Below, in pieces: positions 26,346 through 38,549 of a DNA stretch of 64,000 bases. The position numbers and the translations under genes are program-made. How positions within the stretch are numbered: the stretch's first letter is position 1; the number at the start of each line of letters is the position of its first letter. Origin of the DNA: Rhodosorus marinus CCMP1338 (taxonomy: Eukaryota > Plantae > Rhodophyta); the NCBI GenBank assembly GCA_029953675.1, contig JAMWBK010000001.1, positions 3,224,001-3,288,000 on the forward strand, read 5' to 3'. Under the pieces are notes generated by a model. The model was given only the letters and a program-made list of their open reading frames with translations. It searched no databases and was not told where the DNA came from.

Positions 26346-27841
26346 GGGGGTCAATCCAACTAACACTTACTAATCTGCCAAGACCTGCCGATGGTGGTAT
26401 GTCTAAGCGAGCACCCAGGAGCAAATTTTTGACCGCAATGCCTGGCTTGTAGATTCTTTTTGTCCCAGAGTTGTCTGGAAACTCATTCCACAAGCCCAGC
26501 CCAGCGCTGAATACTAACTGATAAACTAAGGGTCGTATTCGAGAGATTCGTAAGCAGGTAGTGCGGAGATTATGGCGTTACCGGCAAGGGCAACTCTTTT
26601 TGAGATGCCCGAAACCTGAGTCTTTTGGGACGTCAAAGCCTGCCTGACCAAGAACCAAGCACCCCCTGGCGGTTCCCATATTCCATTCCAGACAATGCCC
26701 GCAGGCAAAGTAGAGAACCCGCTCATTTTCAACAGCCGTCCACTAGAGACGCAGACGCTATTCACAGCTATCCTCGGTCGTATCAAATCTAGTCTCCTAA
26801 ACCCTCTATCTCCAGGAACGTTTCCACTTCTCTGTCGGCCTTCCCCTAACCTCCCAAACGCTATTCGTACACTGCACACTCCACCACAGTACGAAAAAGA
26901 ATCATTCGCCCACAGTGCTAACCCGAAATATTCATCCAAAATATAAGAGTCGTAGTCGTTGATACATTTCCTGTTCAAAATCGATATATATAGTGCAGAA
27001 GTATCATTCGCCACGCTTTCTTGGCCACGATAACTATATAAATTTACTGTTGAGATTTAAGGTGATGTTGTTTTTTTTGGTTAAACGGGTTTGGGCTGAA
27101 AAGTACATGACATGTGGGCACTTTTCACGCAACGTTAGGATACGTAAGCCTAGGGTTTCGCTAGGACGTACAGGAGAAAGGGAGCCCTCCCCGGAAGAGC
27201 TTGGCGCAGCAAACCAAACCTGCTCGGCCATTCGATAGCCGTAGACTCTGGATCTCTGTGCAAAAATCCGAGTGTGTACGCTCATCGTGATCAGGTCTCC
27301 CCCATAGTGACTCTGAACAATGCCCTGCCGCTCTTGTGTACCGCGATAGTCATACCTTCAATCGTCGTGCCTGATCCCCCCAAAAAGCAGTGTACGGGGC
27401 ACCGCAGATCCCTCCTACAATCCGCCAAAATGAAAAGCAAAAATTTGCAGAGGCCTGGTATCCCCCGAAGCCGACTCGGACGTAATACAGTTCCAAAGGT
27501 GAGTGCCGCATTTTACCTACAATCTTGCATCAAACCATCCCTCGACAACTCTGTTTGCTGTTGAATAAGTAGTCACACATTTGTGACTCCCGTTTCCCTG
27601 TCCGTTTGACAAGGTCGCTGGTAGTTTTCCAGCAAAACAATGCCGATCTTGCCCGTCATCGACAACCCAGATAAATGACCAACTCAGACAGTGCTGGGAG
27701 TGGAAAACACATCACATTTGAAGGGGATGGAGAGAGAGGTTAAGTTGTACCAGTTTGGGGGAAGGGGGAAAGATCTGTATCTGTAGGAAGGGTTACCAGT
27801 TTTTGGATTTCTTGAGGACTTTGATCTTTTGCCTGGAGATT

Positions 27842-29823
27842 ATGACATCGATTTTGAGAAGTAGAGGTGGTAAGAATTTTCCGCGGATGATGTTGAGTTG
27901 TTTTTCTTTCGTATTGGCCTTCAGCTGTTTCGCTGTTTGCTTTTGGCCAGTTCCCCAATGTGATCTGCCGTTCCGCTGGTCCTAGTCTTGCAGCGATGGG
28001 ATCGCAACTGGATTTTGGTTTGATTCGCGCTAGTGCTCTTGTCTGCGATACTTATCGTGGGTTTTCTCTCGGAATACTCTTGAAAATCGAATAGGTCTAG
28101 CCGCAGCCGGAATCGCCGCGACCGCGGGTTTGTTGGGGCATTACGCCGCTTACTGCGATGAGAAGGTAAATTGGTAGCCTCGATCTTAATGTGAGTATTT
28201 CGGAAACGACTAAGGAAGTGAGAAATTTTTACCCTCCTATGCCACGAATAGTCATCAGCCAATCAGATGCTAACATATGGCCTCAATGTCATCGGGCAGC
28301 TTGGCATCGGGCACGATCGCCCAATGGCCAGGCCGGAGAGGGTATCGGATCTGGATGGGTTCAGCCTGGAGAGCATCGCGTTAGGAGATAATGCTACTGC
28401 AGCGTGAGGATTGATGTGAATCATACGGGAGACTGCCTTTGGCAAAAATTGCTGATTATCCCCTGCTCGCGGCTTGGAACAAAACCAGGATCACCCGGGA
28501 AGGAACATTGTACACTTGGGGATCGGGCGCCTACGGTCGGTTAGGTCACGGTGACGAGTCATCTCTCAACCTTCCACGAAGAAACGAGCACTTGAGCGGG
28601 AGAAGAATCGTTCAAGTTGCTCTGGGTGGGTTCCACGCGCTCGCTCTGGACGATCAGGGATCCGTGTACTCGTGGGGTCGGGCCCTCGCTGCCGGTCAGG
28701 ACTCCCGGGACAATGTTTATATTCCGTCCCAGGTCCGTGGAGAACTTGATAACGTCAAGGTAGGTCGTCGGCAACGGTGGAGCACAATCCTCTGCTAGTG
28801 CGGGCTAGACGACGCGTTAAGTTTACTTTGCTGGCAACGTTCTGACAAGTGTGCTTCTACAAACTGTAGGTTCAAGCTGTAGCTGCTGGCAGACTTCACT
28901 GTGCAGCCGTAGGAGAAGATGGGAGTGTGTATACTTGGGGGAACAACATGGAGGGAGAACTTGGACAGGGGGATAAGAGAAACAGGACAGTGCCCAAGCG
29001 TGTACAAGGGCTTCAGGATAAGAGAGCGGTCAACGTCGCTTGTGGTAGAGATTTCACGTTGGTACTTCTTGACGATGGTACCTTGTACTCTTGTGGCGCG
29101 GACGATTATGGACAGGTGAGTGCTCCGAAGCTTGGCTGAACAGAGTTCCAGAGTCGAAACCCATCGAGCCAACAGGGATTATGATTTCTCACTTCGTTCT
29201 GTGCAGTTGGGACTAGGACGGGGCCATGACCAAAGGTACGTAACGATCCCGAGCCGTGTCGTTGGAGGATTGGCGGAGGTCAAGGAAGTCGTCGCTGGGG
29301 ACTATCACAGTTGTGCTGTCACCCAATCTGGGGCTGTGTTCACGTGGGGTATCGGTCGCGAAGGGCAGCTTGGTCACGGAGAGAAGTCAGATCAAGCCAT
29401 TCCAAAGAAGGTGGACGGACTAGACGATGTAGAGGTCGAGCAGGTACGCAAGGGAATCGATTTTTCTCACGGGTCGCTGAAAAGCCCTTTCCGTTTGCTT
29501 ACACTCCCGTGCGTGAAATGCCAAGGTATGCTGTGGTGGTGGCCACAGCGGTGCAATCTCATCCTCGGGTGAACTGTATCTCTGGGGACGCGGCAGGGAC
29601 GGTCAGCTGGGCAGAGAAGGAGAGCTGGAATCCATCGCTGCTTATAGGCTTGTTCCAACGCGCGTTGAATCATTACGCACTTTCTATGTGATCCAGGTAT
29701 GTCCCCCCTCCGACGCAGAGGTCCTCGTAGTCGTATTCAGCGGCTTGCTGAGCAATACTTTCATCCGCGCAGGCCGGGTTGGGGTCAGATCATAGTGCGG
29801 TCCTCGCGAAGATGAAGGACTAG
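27842..29823 (+). CDS. RCC1-repeat beta-propeller protein with a probable mitochondrial-type N-terminus
   Basis: Repeats of WGxGxxG(R/Q)LG...H (YTWGSGAYGRLGHG, YTWGNNMEGELGQG, FTWGIGREGQLGHG, YLWGRGRDGQLG). Spliced N-terminus MTSILRSRGGLAAAGIAATAGLLGHYAAYCDEK; last exon AGLGSDHSAVLAKMKD* ends at 29823. Confidence 0.85.
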
Positions 29824-30104
29824 TTTTGCGGAAAACGGGCTGGAAAGAGATGAATAAGCTATCTGTTGCTGGTTTCCACAAAAAGGAAGACCAGTTCTAC
29901 TTTCACGCTAGCCTGCAGGCTTGTCAGCATCGGACCGGTACATCCAGGCGACGAAGGAGGCTCTGTGACCGCTCCCCTGACCCAACGCGGGAACCTTCTT
30001 TTTTGTTACAGACGATCTTTACAAGTTTTTGCAAGGGGTAACTGCAGTGCCTGCCTCCATGTGTACAACAAAAGAAACGATCGATGAGAAGAGCAACGTC
30101 TTTC

Positions 30105-31646
30105 TCACTTGTGAATAACAATATTAATAACACCTCCAAGGTGGTCAGTCCTCGGCCTGTACTGCCTCTCACGTAAATACTCCTCAACTCTGGGCCTTAT
30201 CTTTACACTTCCTCCGGTCGACTTGCCTGAGCGCATCGGAAGACAAATGTGGGTTTTCCTCAGACGCTTTCAGGGGGTCCACGGTCAAGCGAGGAACCAA
30301 AGCCGGGAAAGCACACAGAACAACTCCAAGGGAGTGATGAACGACGGCCTTCTATGGTCATTTTCACGTGCTCGCCCGGATCGACAAATACACTGCTAGA
30401 AAAATAAGACTCACCTCTGCCGGTGATAAATTCTATCCTCTTACCACTCCTGCCATCGGTTCTCTCCTCACAATCCAGCTTCAGCGAAACGAGTTTGAGG
30501 GCATCCTCTACGTTAAACCCGTGGAGATCGATAGACGTCTTTTGGTTAAACCTAGATTCCAGGAATTTGCTCTGAGTGAGTCGAAATACGAACTGACTCA
30601 TGAAGGCTTTTCCTGCTCGTTTCGGGGTGCCTCTCACGTAATGTCTTTGGATAAGAGTTTGAGCATCTCGTCGAAGAGGTCATCGTACTCCTTCTTCGAC
30701 CGTTCACAGCTCTGATAAGCTTCAGGAGTTCTCGCGCTCTGAGCGAGAACCAGCCTGGATTCGTATTTTTGATAGGCAATCGAAGCATCCGCCATTGTCC
30801 TATTAACTTGCGCGGAGTTGTCTACGAGACCGTCCACCATAACCACCGACTATATCCATCATACGTAGAGCATCACAATTGTCAATCGCGGGGTCGGACT
30901 TTCCGCAAAACTGAATGCGAAATGAAGCGCTCACCCTCGAAACTGTACCACTCGCGTTGGATCCGCATTCCCCCCCAGTCTGAGGGCGTTCTCTGCTGGA
31001 CGCAGGCCAGTTGGTCTTGGCGACCTTGTCTGACCCTGCACCTGGTTCATACGTTCTGGGATCAAACAGACTGACGATAAAGTCTTCAGCGATACTGCTA
31101 TCCCCATCCGCCTGGGAGAACAGGTCCTTGATTACGTTGTCGTCAACTGATGGATACTTCTTCTTCAGCTCCTGAACTTTAAACTTGCTATGCACGGTGT
31201 TGTTTTCAGTCCAGTCGTTTCGCTCTGCTTCGCCACGGAGATTAGCTTCGATTTCAGCCATGGACAATACAATGCCTCTGTTCCTTCGTTTTTGATTCGG
31301 AGCCTCACAGCTCTCAAGACCAAAACTCTTGGTCTCTGCTTCCAGCTGAGCCTTACGAGGGGGGGGACATGAGCAAGTTAGAGGAGTTGTTTAGTTCTCA
31401 TAGCCGCGGGATCACCGGACAACAGGGCAAATTTTGAGAGAACAAGAACCAAGAAAACGTCAATAAACGCACCATGTCTGGATCATGAGCAAAGGAAGCC
31501 TCAGCGACCATATCACAGAGCGTCACAAACGCCTCCTTCCGGCTTAGGCTCATTTCCACGACGCTCCGAACAACGTCCTCCGGCAAACTCGAAAACTCCT
31601 CCCACAGCTCCCTCACAAGCCCTTCTCTTCCTTCGTTCCCATCCAT
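30105..31646 (-). CDS. CUE-domain plus Smr-domain protein (Cue2/N4BP2-like nuclease)
   Basis: CUE-like segments (LWEEFSSLPEDVVRSVV; ELKKKYPSVDDNVIKDLF), a helical segment, and Smr motifs IDLHGFNVEDAL, IEFITGRG|KSTGGSVKIRPRVEEYL. Stop at 30105-30107. Confidence 0.82.
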
Positions 31647-32565
31647 CCCTACACCCCTTCAATTCCATCCAAAACATAACAGCTTCCAAACCCGTTCTAA
31701 CCTAACCAAACCAAATACAAATACTAACATACATCCTCTTCCACCCGCCCCACCACCGCTACACCTCTTACCCACACCTTCCCCAGCCCTTCCCCAACCA
31801 GAAAACTAATCCGAACGGAAAAGAATCTGTACGAGACCATCCATAAAACATGAAAAATACAATCTCATAACCCAAAACTCAAACCAGAATCCGGTTCCAG
31901 ATTAGTAGCTTAGTACTGAAAACGGATAGTTTTGGTACTATTAGTACTTCGCACAATCTGATCAAACACAAAAATAGCCGCGGGCGCATATGGTTTAGCA
32001 GGAGGTTGGAGGCGGATTTGTGAAGGATTAAACTCGCTTGCCACCGTAGACTTACTTACCACCAGGACGAGAGGATGACGCAGCGATTGAAACTGGCAAC
32101 GTGAGGCCAGAGTTCAAGTGATTCTACTGACTCCCCCCTCCCACCTCCGTCGCCAGTTCCTTTTGCTCCAACAGGGATACGCGCTCTCAACATTCCCATC
32201 TCCCCTCTGGTACAGACCGGGAAGCTGAGGAAGTGGATCTGGATTCTGAGAGACTGGGAAGGAACTGCTTGGTAGAGAGCCCTGTTGCGTATCTGGAGAG
32301 CTCGGAGAGGTTTCGCTGCTTCTAACAAGCAAATTTCGTGGTTTTGTCAGGGCGCGAGGCAGTTCTTTGTTCAATCATGGGTTGAGCTGGCAAGCTTACG
32401 TCTGCTTCACAGTGGCGTCTGCTCCACGCGTGCTTGTGCTTTCCGTTTGCGGGGGACGTTTTCGAAGGGTTGGCGTCTTCACCCGCTGGACAAACCCTCA
32501 GGACTTTGGATGAAGTGCGAGTGGCATGAGATACTGTAGCTTGAGAAGAGATTAGAAGCTTTTCA

Positions 32566-34073
32566 ATGGCAACTTCGGCAGCCGGTAGTTACGCAGCCAA
32601 GCTCACTCCTGGTGCGCATAAGGGTAGGCTCAATCTGCACGAGGCTCGCGATCCTGCTCCGGTTTTGGGTCCAAAGGTGCAGGCTTTGGCCCGACTGATC
32701 GCTGAATCGTCACGTACAGTAGTGCTTACTGGAGCGGGTATCTCAACGTCGGCTGGAATCCGTGACTTTCGCGGGCCGGAAGGAATTTGGACGAAGCAGA
32801 GGAAGGGTGAACCAATCGTTGACGGCGTGGACTTCACCACTGCACGCCCGACATTGGCTCATGTGGCGCTGGTAGAATTGCACCGTCGAGGGCTTGTCAA
32901 GTTTCTGATCAGTCAAAACGTTGATGGTCTTCATATACGCTCCGGTTTTCCGCGGGACGCCCTCGCAGAGCTCCATGGGAACGTTTTTGCGGAGGAGTGT
33001 CGCGCGTGCGACAAGGAATACGTTCGGTGCTATGATGTTGACTCAATAGGTCTGAGGGCGACCGGGAGGGCCTGCGATCAATGCGGAGAGGCGCTGTTTG
33101 ACAAGCTGTTGGACTGGAACGATCCACTTCCAGAGGTAAGATATCAATCCTCAGAATCATCGATGGCTATTCTCTGCTTGCTCATCTGAAAAGCCGGTGT
33201 TTTGCGTGTAGAGTGAACTCCGACGTGCGGAGCAGGAGACTAAGTTGGCCGATTTGTGCATTGTCATGGGCTCAAGTATGCAAATGATTCCCTCCCGCGG
33301 CCTACCCCAGCGAACGCTCCGATCCGGAGGGAAAATTGTTGTCTTGAACCTTTCAGACACTCATCTGGACAAGCAAGCCTCGGTGGTAATACGGGCAGAC
33401 CTTGACGAGGTAATGCTACGCTTGCTAGATGCCCTTCACCTCCCAGCCCCGATAAACCCAGCCAGGCGGAAGGTACTCGTACGATCCCGGATGGGAAATA
33501 GCCCCAAGGATTGTCTTTATTTGTCGGTTGATCCGATGAACGGAGAGAGTTTATCGTTCATCAGGTCGGTGCTGTTCAGTTGCATCGGGCGGTCGATGGA
33601 GGTATCCTCGGAGCCGTTCTCAGTGGAGATGCTGGTTGATGAACATGAAAGCAAGGGATTGGACGTAGCAGTGCGTATAGCCGTCTCCTCACGGACGCAG
33701 CGGCAGGTCGATATTCCCAAATTGATGGAAAAGGTTGTGATTGAGATGGACGCATATGATGATGATTCAAAGTACACCGATTCCGTGCAGAGGATCCGAT
33801 CGCAGATAGAGACGCAGGTACGCATCCTTCCAATGGCCGCTGAAGCTGCGAGATGGTCTGGAACAGCTGCTAAACGAACTAGTTGGTTTCCCCCGGTGCG
33901 TAACCCCTCAAAAGGACTCCACCCCGCTCGATACCAGGCGCGCTGAACCCTCCGCCTACTTTTTCAAGTCGTTCCGGCAGCGAGGATTTGCGACTTGTGC
34001 CCTGTGCGGTGAAGACGTCCACGGGAGTGGAAAGTCCCGTCACCTGAGCCTCTGTGTTGCAGACCAGAGATAG
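32566..34073 (+). CDS. SIRT6: Class IV sirtuin (SIRT6/SRT1-like NAD-dependent deacylase) with a C-terminal extension and C2HC zinc finger
   Basis: TGAGISTSAGIRDFRG, SQNVDGLH, ELHGN, CxxC..CxxC, DWNDPLPE and MGSSMQMIP motifs. A 49-nt intron (33818-33866) leads to a final exon ending ...CALCGEDVHGSGKSRHLSLCVADQR*. Confidence 0.88.
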
Positions 34074-35103
34074 GAATGTTCCGTCTGCATCTTTGCCTTG
34101 GAGGTGTAGCTTACCACGCCTCATTACTAACAACTAACAGTCTCCGGTTTCGACAAGAAAGTATTATGCATTCCTCTCGTTGCTTCGAGCGTGTTCACGC
34201 CGAAGTCGCCGCGCCGAACGCGCTCCCAGCCAAGCATTATCGTATTAATAGTGTCTAACAGACGGCGCATGAGCCCATCGCTACCACACGCTGTTGAGAT
34301 CTACCCAACGGCTTCGAAGACTTCACTAGCACGGAGCTTGGACATAGAGGACTGGCCAGTTGTCGGCGATGTGGCGTGAACAAAAAAAGGTCGGTCGGAG
34401 ACAGAATCTCGTCAGCCTCCCAGTTGCGTCTGTACTTTGTTGTGTCAGCTGGACTTTGTTAAATACATCCTGGAGACAGTTTTCAGCTCTCCTCACTCTT
34501 ACGTCAGCCGATCTCGAGAGGTGTCTCATCCCTTGGCTGGATTCCGCTTTAAAGCGCTCCGTTTTGTTTGCTTCGCCAGTTTGTTGATCCCTCAAAAAGC
34601 TTATCATTCGCTCAGATTTTTTCGCTACACGTCCGTCAGAGGTGTGCTCAGACTCAACTATTTTCTGTCCTTCTATGACGCTTTCGGGTTCCTTCCTGCC
34701 GAGACTTAGACAGTTGGCATATCGATTCTCTTGTTGTTAGGCTACCACTGCCAGCCCGTCTAGAATACAGATTCTAGATGTCCTAACACTTGTTCTACAT
34801 TTCACGTCTACGGAACTCGTGCTCCCAGTCAGCAGCTTACCTCGTTCGGCTGAGCTCAGTTTGTTTTCAGGAGAGCTGGAATCTCATCTGCAAGTGACGG
34901 GGATTTGAGCTGCCCTTCGGGATTCGTCTAATGAAGGAGAGCAGGAACGGCTAGCGACTCTTTGCTCAGTTTAGAAACAGCTTGCTTGTCGACTTTCGAG
35001 TCCTTTGGTGGTAGGGAAGGGGTGTACGGCGAATGTGTGTGAGGTTAGATGTTCGTGTAGGTTAGTCTGAAGGAGGACGAGCGAAAATTCTGATTTGGAA
35101 GCC

Positions 35104-36009
35104 ATGATTGGACCTGCGCTGCCTCCGCACCTTCGCAGGAAGATGGAAGAGGAACAGGAGGTGGATGAAGAGCAAGAGGTAAGGTCTGATGGTGACGATG
35201 ACGGTGGCGGAATCGTTGGACCCACTTTGCCTTCCAGGAAACGGAAACCTGAGGTGGGAGGGGTAGAAGGGTTGAAGGATGGAGATATGAGCGATAGTGA
35301 AGGGGAGGATGTGTATGGACCACGGGCGCCTCGTGGTGCGAAGAAAAAGGACGAGCTGGTCAGCGACGCGTCGAAATGGGAAGGCTTGAGGAAGGAGGAT
35401 GAGGAGATTAGGAAATCTAGAGCGGCGTTTGAAGGTGACGAATACGCGAACGCGGGAAAAGCGAGAGAAGAGTGGATGCTGTCTGCTCCAGAGGCCAAGC
35501 CGAGTGGTACCGGGAACAGGTTTCGGCCGAATGAGGTTGCAAAGGCTGACCTTTCCTGGATGCATACACCGGGCAAGAAGCATGGAAAGGGAACAGGTGA
35601 GAGAACAGCCCGCGGATCTGGACCGACGGATGTGCATCAACAGGAGGAAGAAGAACAGGAGATGGCGGAGAAAGTACGACTTGTCGATGAGCACACGCGG
35701 GGGAAGAGGTATTTTCATACTTCCGCTACTTTGCCCAGCTTTGTTACGGGAGGGCTGCATGGCTTGAGAATGAAGCTTGAGCTAAATACGAAACCGTTCT
35801 GATCTAGGTCGCTGCTGGAAATCCATGAAGAAGATGCTCGAAAGAAGAGTAAAGCACTAGAGTCCAAAGCCGCAGGGCCCTTGTCCTGGGACCGGGAACG
35901 CGACCTTGTTGATAACCATAAGCGTGTTGACGCATCCGCTTACGTAAAGAAGATCGGACGGCTCAATGAGCGATTTAGCTCGGGACAAAGTTCACGAAAG
36001 TTTTTATAG
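35104..36009 (+). CDS. GPALPP1: GPALPP-motif protein (DUF3752 family), 2 exons
   Basis: IGPALPP and VGPTLP motifs, REEWML, and a spliced C-terminus RSLLEIHEE...WDRERDL...RFSSGQSSRKFL*. Confidence 0.88.
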
Positions 36010-36492
36010 CTTGTCTACTTGCGCACGTGCAGAGAATCAGACTTTGAAGGGGGACGTGTGTTAGGGGACCGGGAAAAGGAGCAGCGACATGGTCGATTGA
36101 AGCAGGGCTCCATGCAAGAAAGGGTGCTTGTGCTAGGAAAAGATGAGGGTTCAGGGTGGGACCCGGTCGGACAAGCGAGGAAAAAGACGAGTCCGCACAT
36201 CGTTGCAGGCGAACCGCTTGACGGAAAAGCTCTTGGGATATTGGGCGATTATCTCGACCTTTCTGCTGGTCCAGACCTGTGAAGGGGGAAATCATCATCT
36301 TAAATCAAACCTGGATGAGCTTCGGTGGTAAAGCAAGCGGACAGGTAACCCCCTCCAAGTTGGCATCCATCGTCCGGTTCCTAGCAACGCTTTTTGTACC
36401 TATGGTTACGTTTAAATGCTCAGCTTGTCGTTGCATTAATTGTTATTCTTGAAACATAAATGGAGATACACACATTGGCCGCACCCGTCAAT

Positions 36493-37639
36493 CTAAGAAG
36501 TAGACTTGACCCGCACGGTAGAGGCGTTCAAATCCAGAGACGCGCTGTATGGATCAAGCTCTTCTTCCTCCCCGGAATCAATGAGCTGCAACAGAATCGA
36601 GCCTGACTCAGCGAGGCCGAGAATACGCGCTTTCTTCCCTTCTCTATTTTCCAGGCTAACCACCTGATCAGTGTGGATCCAACGGTCATAGTATCGCTGC
36701 TTAAGCGGCTCAAATCCATCCCTTTTCAAAACCTGCAGAGGTTTCATCCAGAGAAGAGCGTGTGCGGGCAATGATTCAGCTATCGGACCCAAGGGGAGTC
36801 CTCGATTGGTTTCCCGCTTCGCGTACCTCGAACAGTGGTTCAAAGGAGTTAATCAAGGCCGCAAGAACAACCTCCCTGGAGATGGTCGCTGAAGCTGGGA
36901 GATTCCCCTTGAGAGAACATGTCGGATTTTCGTTCGTAACGTTGATTCCAATACCCACGCTCACGTACATATTTCCCTCAACCACGATCCCTTCGCATAG
37001 GATTCCCGCGACTTTGTCGCCGTTGATAAGGACGTCGTTTGGCCACTTTACCTGAAGCGGCACCTGACTTCCCATCTTTTAAAGCAAGTGAACGTATTAG
37101 ATTTGCGTCTCACTTTCAGATGCGGAAGGCTCTGGGGAGGGAACGTTATCAATTGCGAAGGATGAACTAACTAGACCCACCTCAGTTGATCGAACAGCAT
37201 CGACGACGGAGAGCGCGGCAACATATTGCAGGAACGGGAGCAAGTCGGCTTTCGCTCTAGGGAGGACAACTCCAATTGAGCAGGTGAGACATCCTTCTGG
37301 GGAAACCCATTCAGATCCATGACGACCTCTACCTTCCGATTGCTCATCAGCGACTACCACCAGACCCGGTACAAGCGATCGTAGACTCTCCCGAACAACG
37401 TCCTGTGTGGAGGGTGTGGACGAGAAACAGACAATGACATTTCCCAACTGTGTCGTATCCACCAGCTTCATGCTAACCTCGCTCCTGAACCTGCCGCTTC
37501 TCGGCTCCTCGAACGTCTCATCCGGTCCGAAGATACGAACACTACCCTCCTTCGACAAACCATACAGCAACTCACCGTGCTCTTCAATCAGAGACTGTAC
37601 TTTGTCTGCTGAAGCTCCACAGACCTCGACTTGCGCCAT
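36493..37639 (-). CDS. HLCS: Biotin-protein ligase (holocarboxylase synthetase), multi-exon
   Basis: STQD, VVVADEQSEGRGRHGSEWVSP, VKWPNDVLINGDKVAGILCE, VGIGINV and YYDRWIHTDQVV motifs of BPL/BirA. Confidence 0.92.
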
Positions 37640-38304
37640 TGTAAACAGTTGACCGCAGAAAACATCCAGCAGAATCCCAGCATGCGAAAGTTGAGATATG
37701 CTGACATGGATAAATCTATCTGCAAGACATCACCCCGAAGCTGAGGGAGGAGATGAGCGACGCCCCCAGTGTAACCTGATAGATAGGGAGCAATGATGGG
37801 CAGGTGGAGGCTGAACTGGGGGGAACGAATTTTGTTAGTGATGCGGAAGGACTAGGCGCATCGACCTTGCAGCCGTGCCGGTGACAGGAACATAAAGCAC
37901 CCGGTGCAGTTCTTTCCTCGACTTTGGAGGAGGACGCGTCACTTGGCACTTGCGCTGTTGTTCATGCAAACCGTTCAACCTCCTAAGGGTGAGCTTCGAG
38001 TGTTTAGCGGATATGAATTTGAGCAAGCCTGCCTCTTGGAAAAGCACTGATTGCTTGACCATCTACTCGAGTGCGCATTCTAGCTATCTTGGAGGCATGA
38101 TCGGAAGAGCTTAGCTCGCTGTCCCCCCGCATGCGAGGAACATAGCGTGGCGGGCTGTTCCGTTCAAAGCGCATGTTGAATCACGCCTTTGCTTCTTCTC
38201 AAGTCCGTCGAAGAAACCTATCCGCTGAACTCCAGGGCCCCGAAGGCGGCTGCTGGCTTCAAATCTCCGCTTATATACCCGCGGAGGTGAACTCTTGAGC
38301 CCCC

Positions 38305-38496
38305 AGAGAACGTTCCAACCCTACACGCCTAGTCGGTCTCGAGGCGTGCTGCCATGGCGAAAGCACATCAACAAACAACTCCCCCGAACAGAAACATTTT
38401 CGCAAAAAAGTTTCCCAAACCTTTGGAATTCGTTTCACAACACCACGTGAAGCAGTCCTTAGAGAATGTTCGAACCCCTACTCGCATAGTCGGTCT
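38305..38496. repeat. Two imperfect copies of a ~36-bp motif with 156-bp period, upstream of the biotin ligase gene
   Basis: 38305-38339 AGAGAACGTTCCAACCC-TACACGCCTAGTCGGTCT vs 38461-38496 AGAGAATGTTCGAACCCCTACTCGCATAGTCGGTCT (4 mismatches, 1 indel). Confidence 0.8.
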
Positions 38497-38549
38497 GATA
38501 GACGTCCCAACCTGGTCATGAGCAACTTACACATACGTCTAAATACTAC

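Noticed and set aside
26400-27520. Sm-site-like AAATTTTTG strings (about 26423 plus; about 27440 minus) and ACTCACCT suggesting snRNAs
   Set aside because: No U1/U2/U4/U5/U6 conserved segments nearby; ACTCACCT is just the complement of a 5' splice site.
30162-30640. 14-bp direct repeat TGCCTCTCACGTAA within the Smr gene
   Set aside because: Several 14-mer matches are expected by chance in 64 kb.
34100-34830. In-frame TGA after ...TRC and a second CRRC, suggesting selenocysteine or a second zinc finger; also a possible minus-strand gene
   Set aside because: No SECIS or selenoprotein motif; both strands give equally weak, stop-interrupted frames.
37700-38062. Upstream 75-aa ORF as an alternative targeting exon or uORF of the biotin ligase
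   Set aside because: I could not find a GT donor in the phase needed to join it to the main ORF; unsupported without transcripts.
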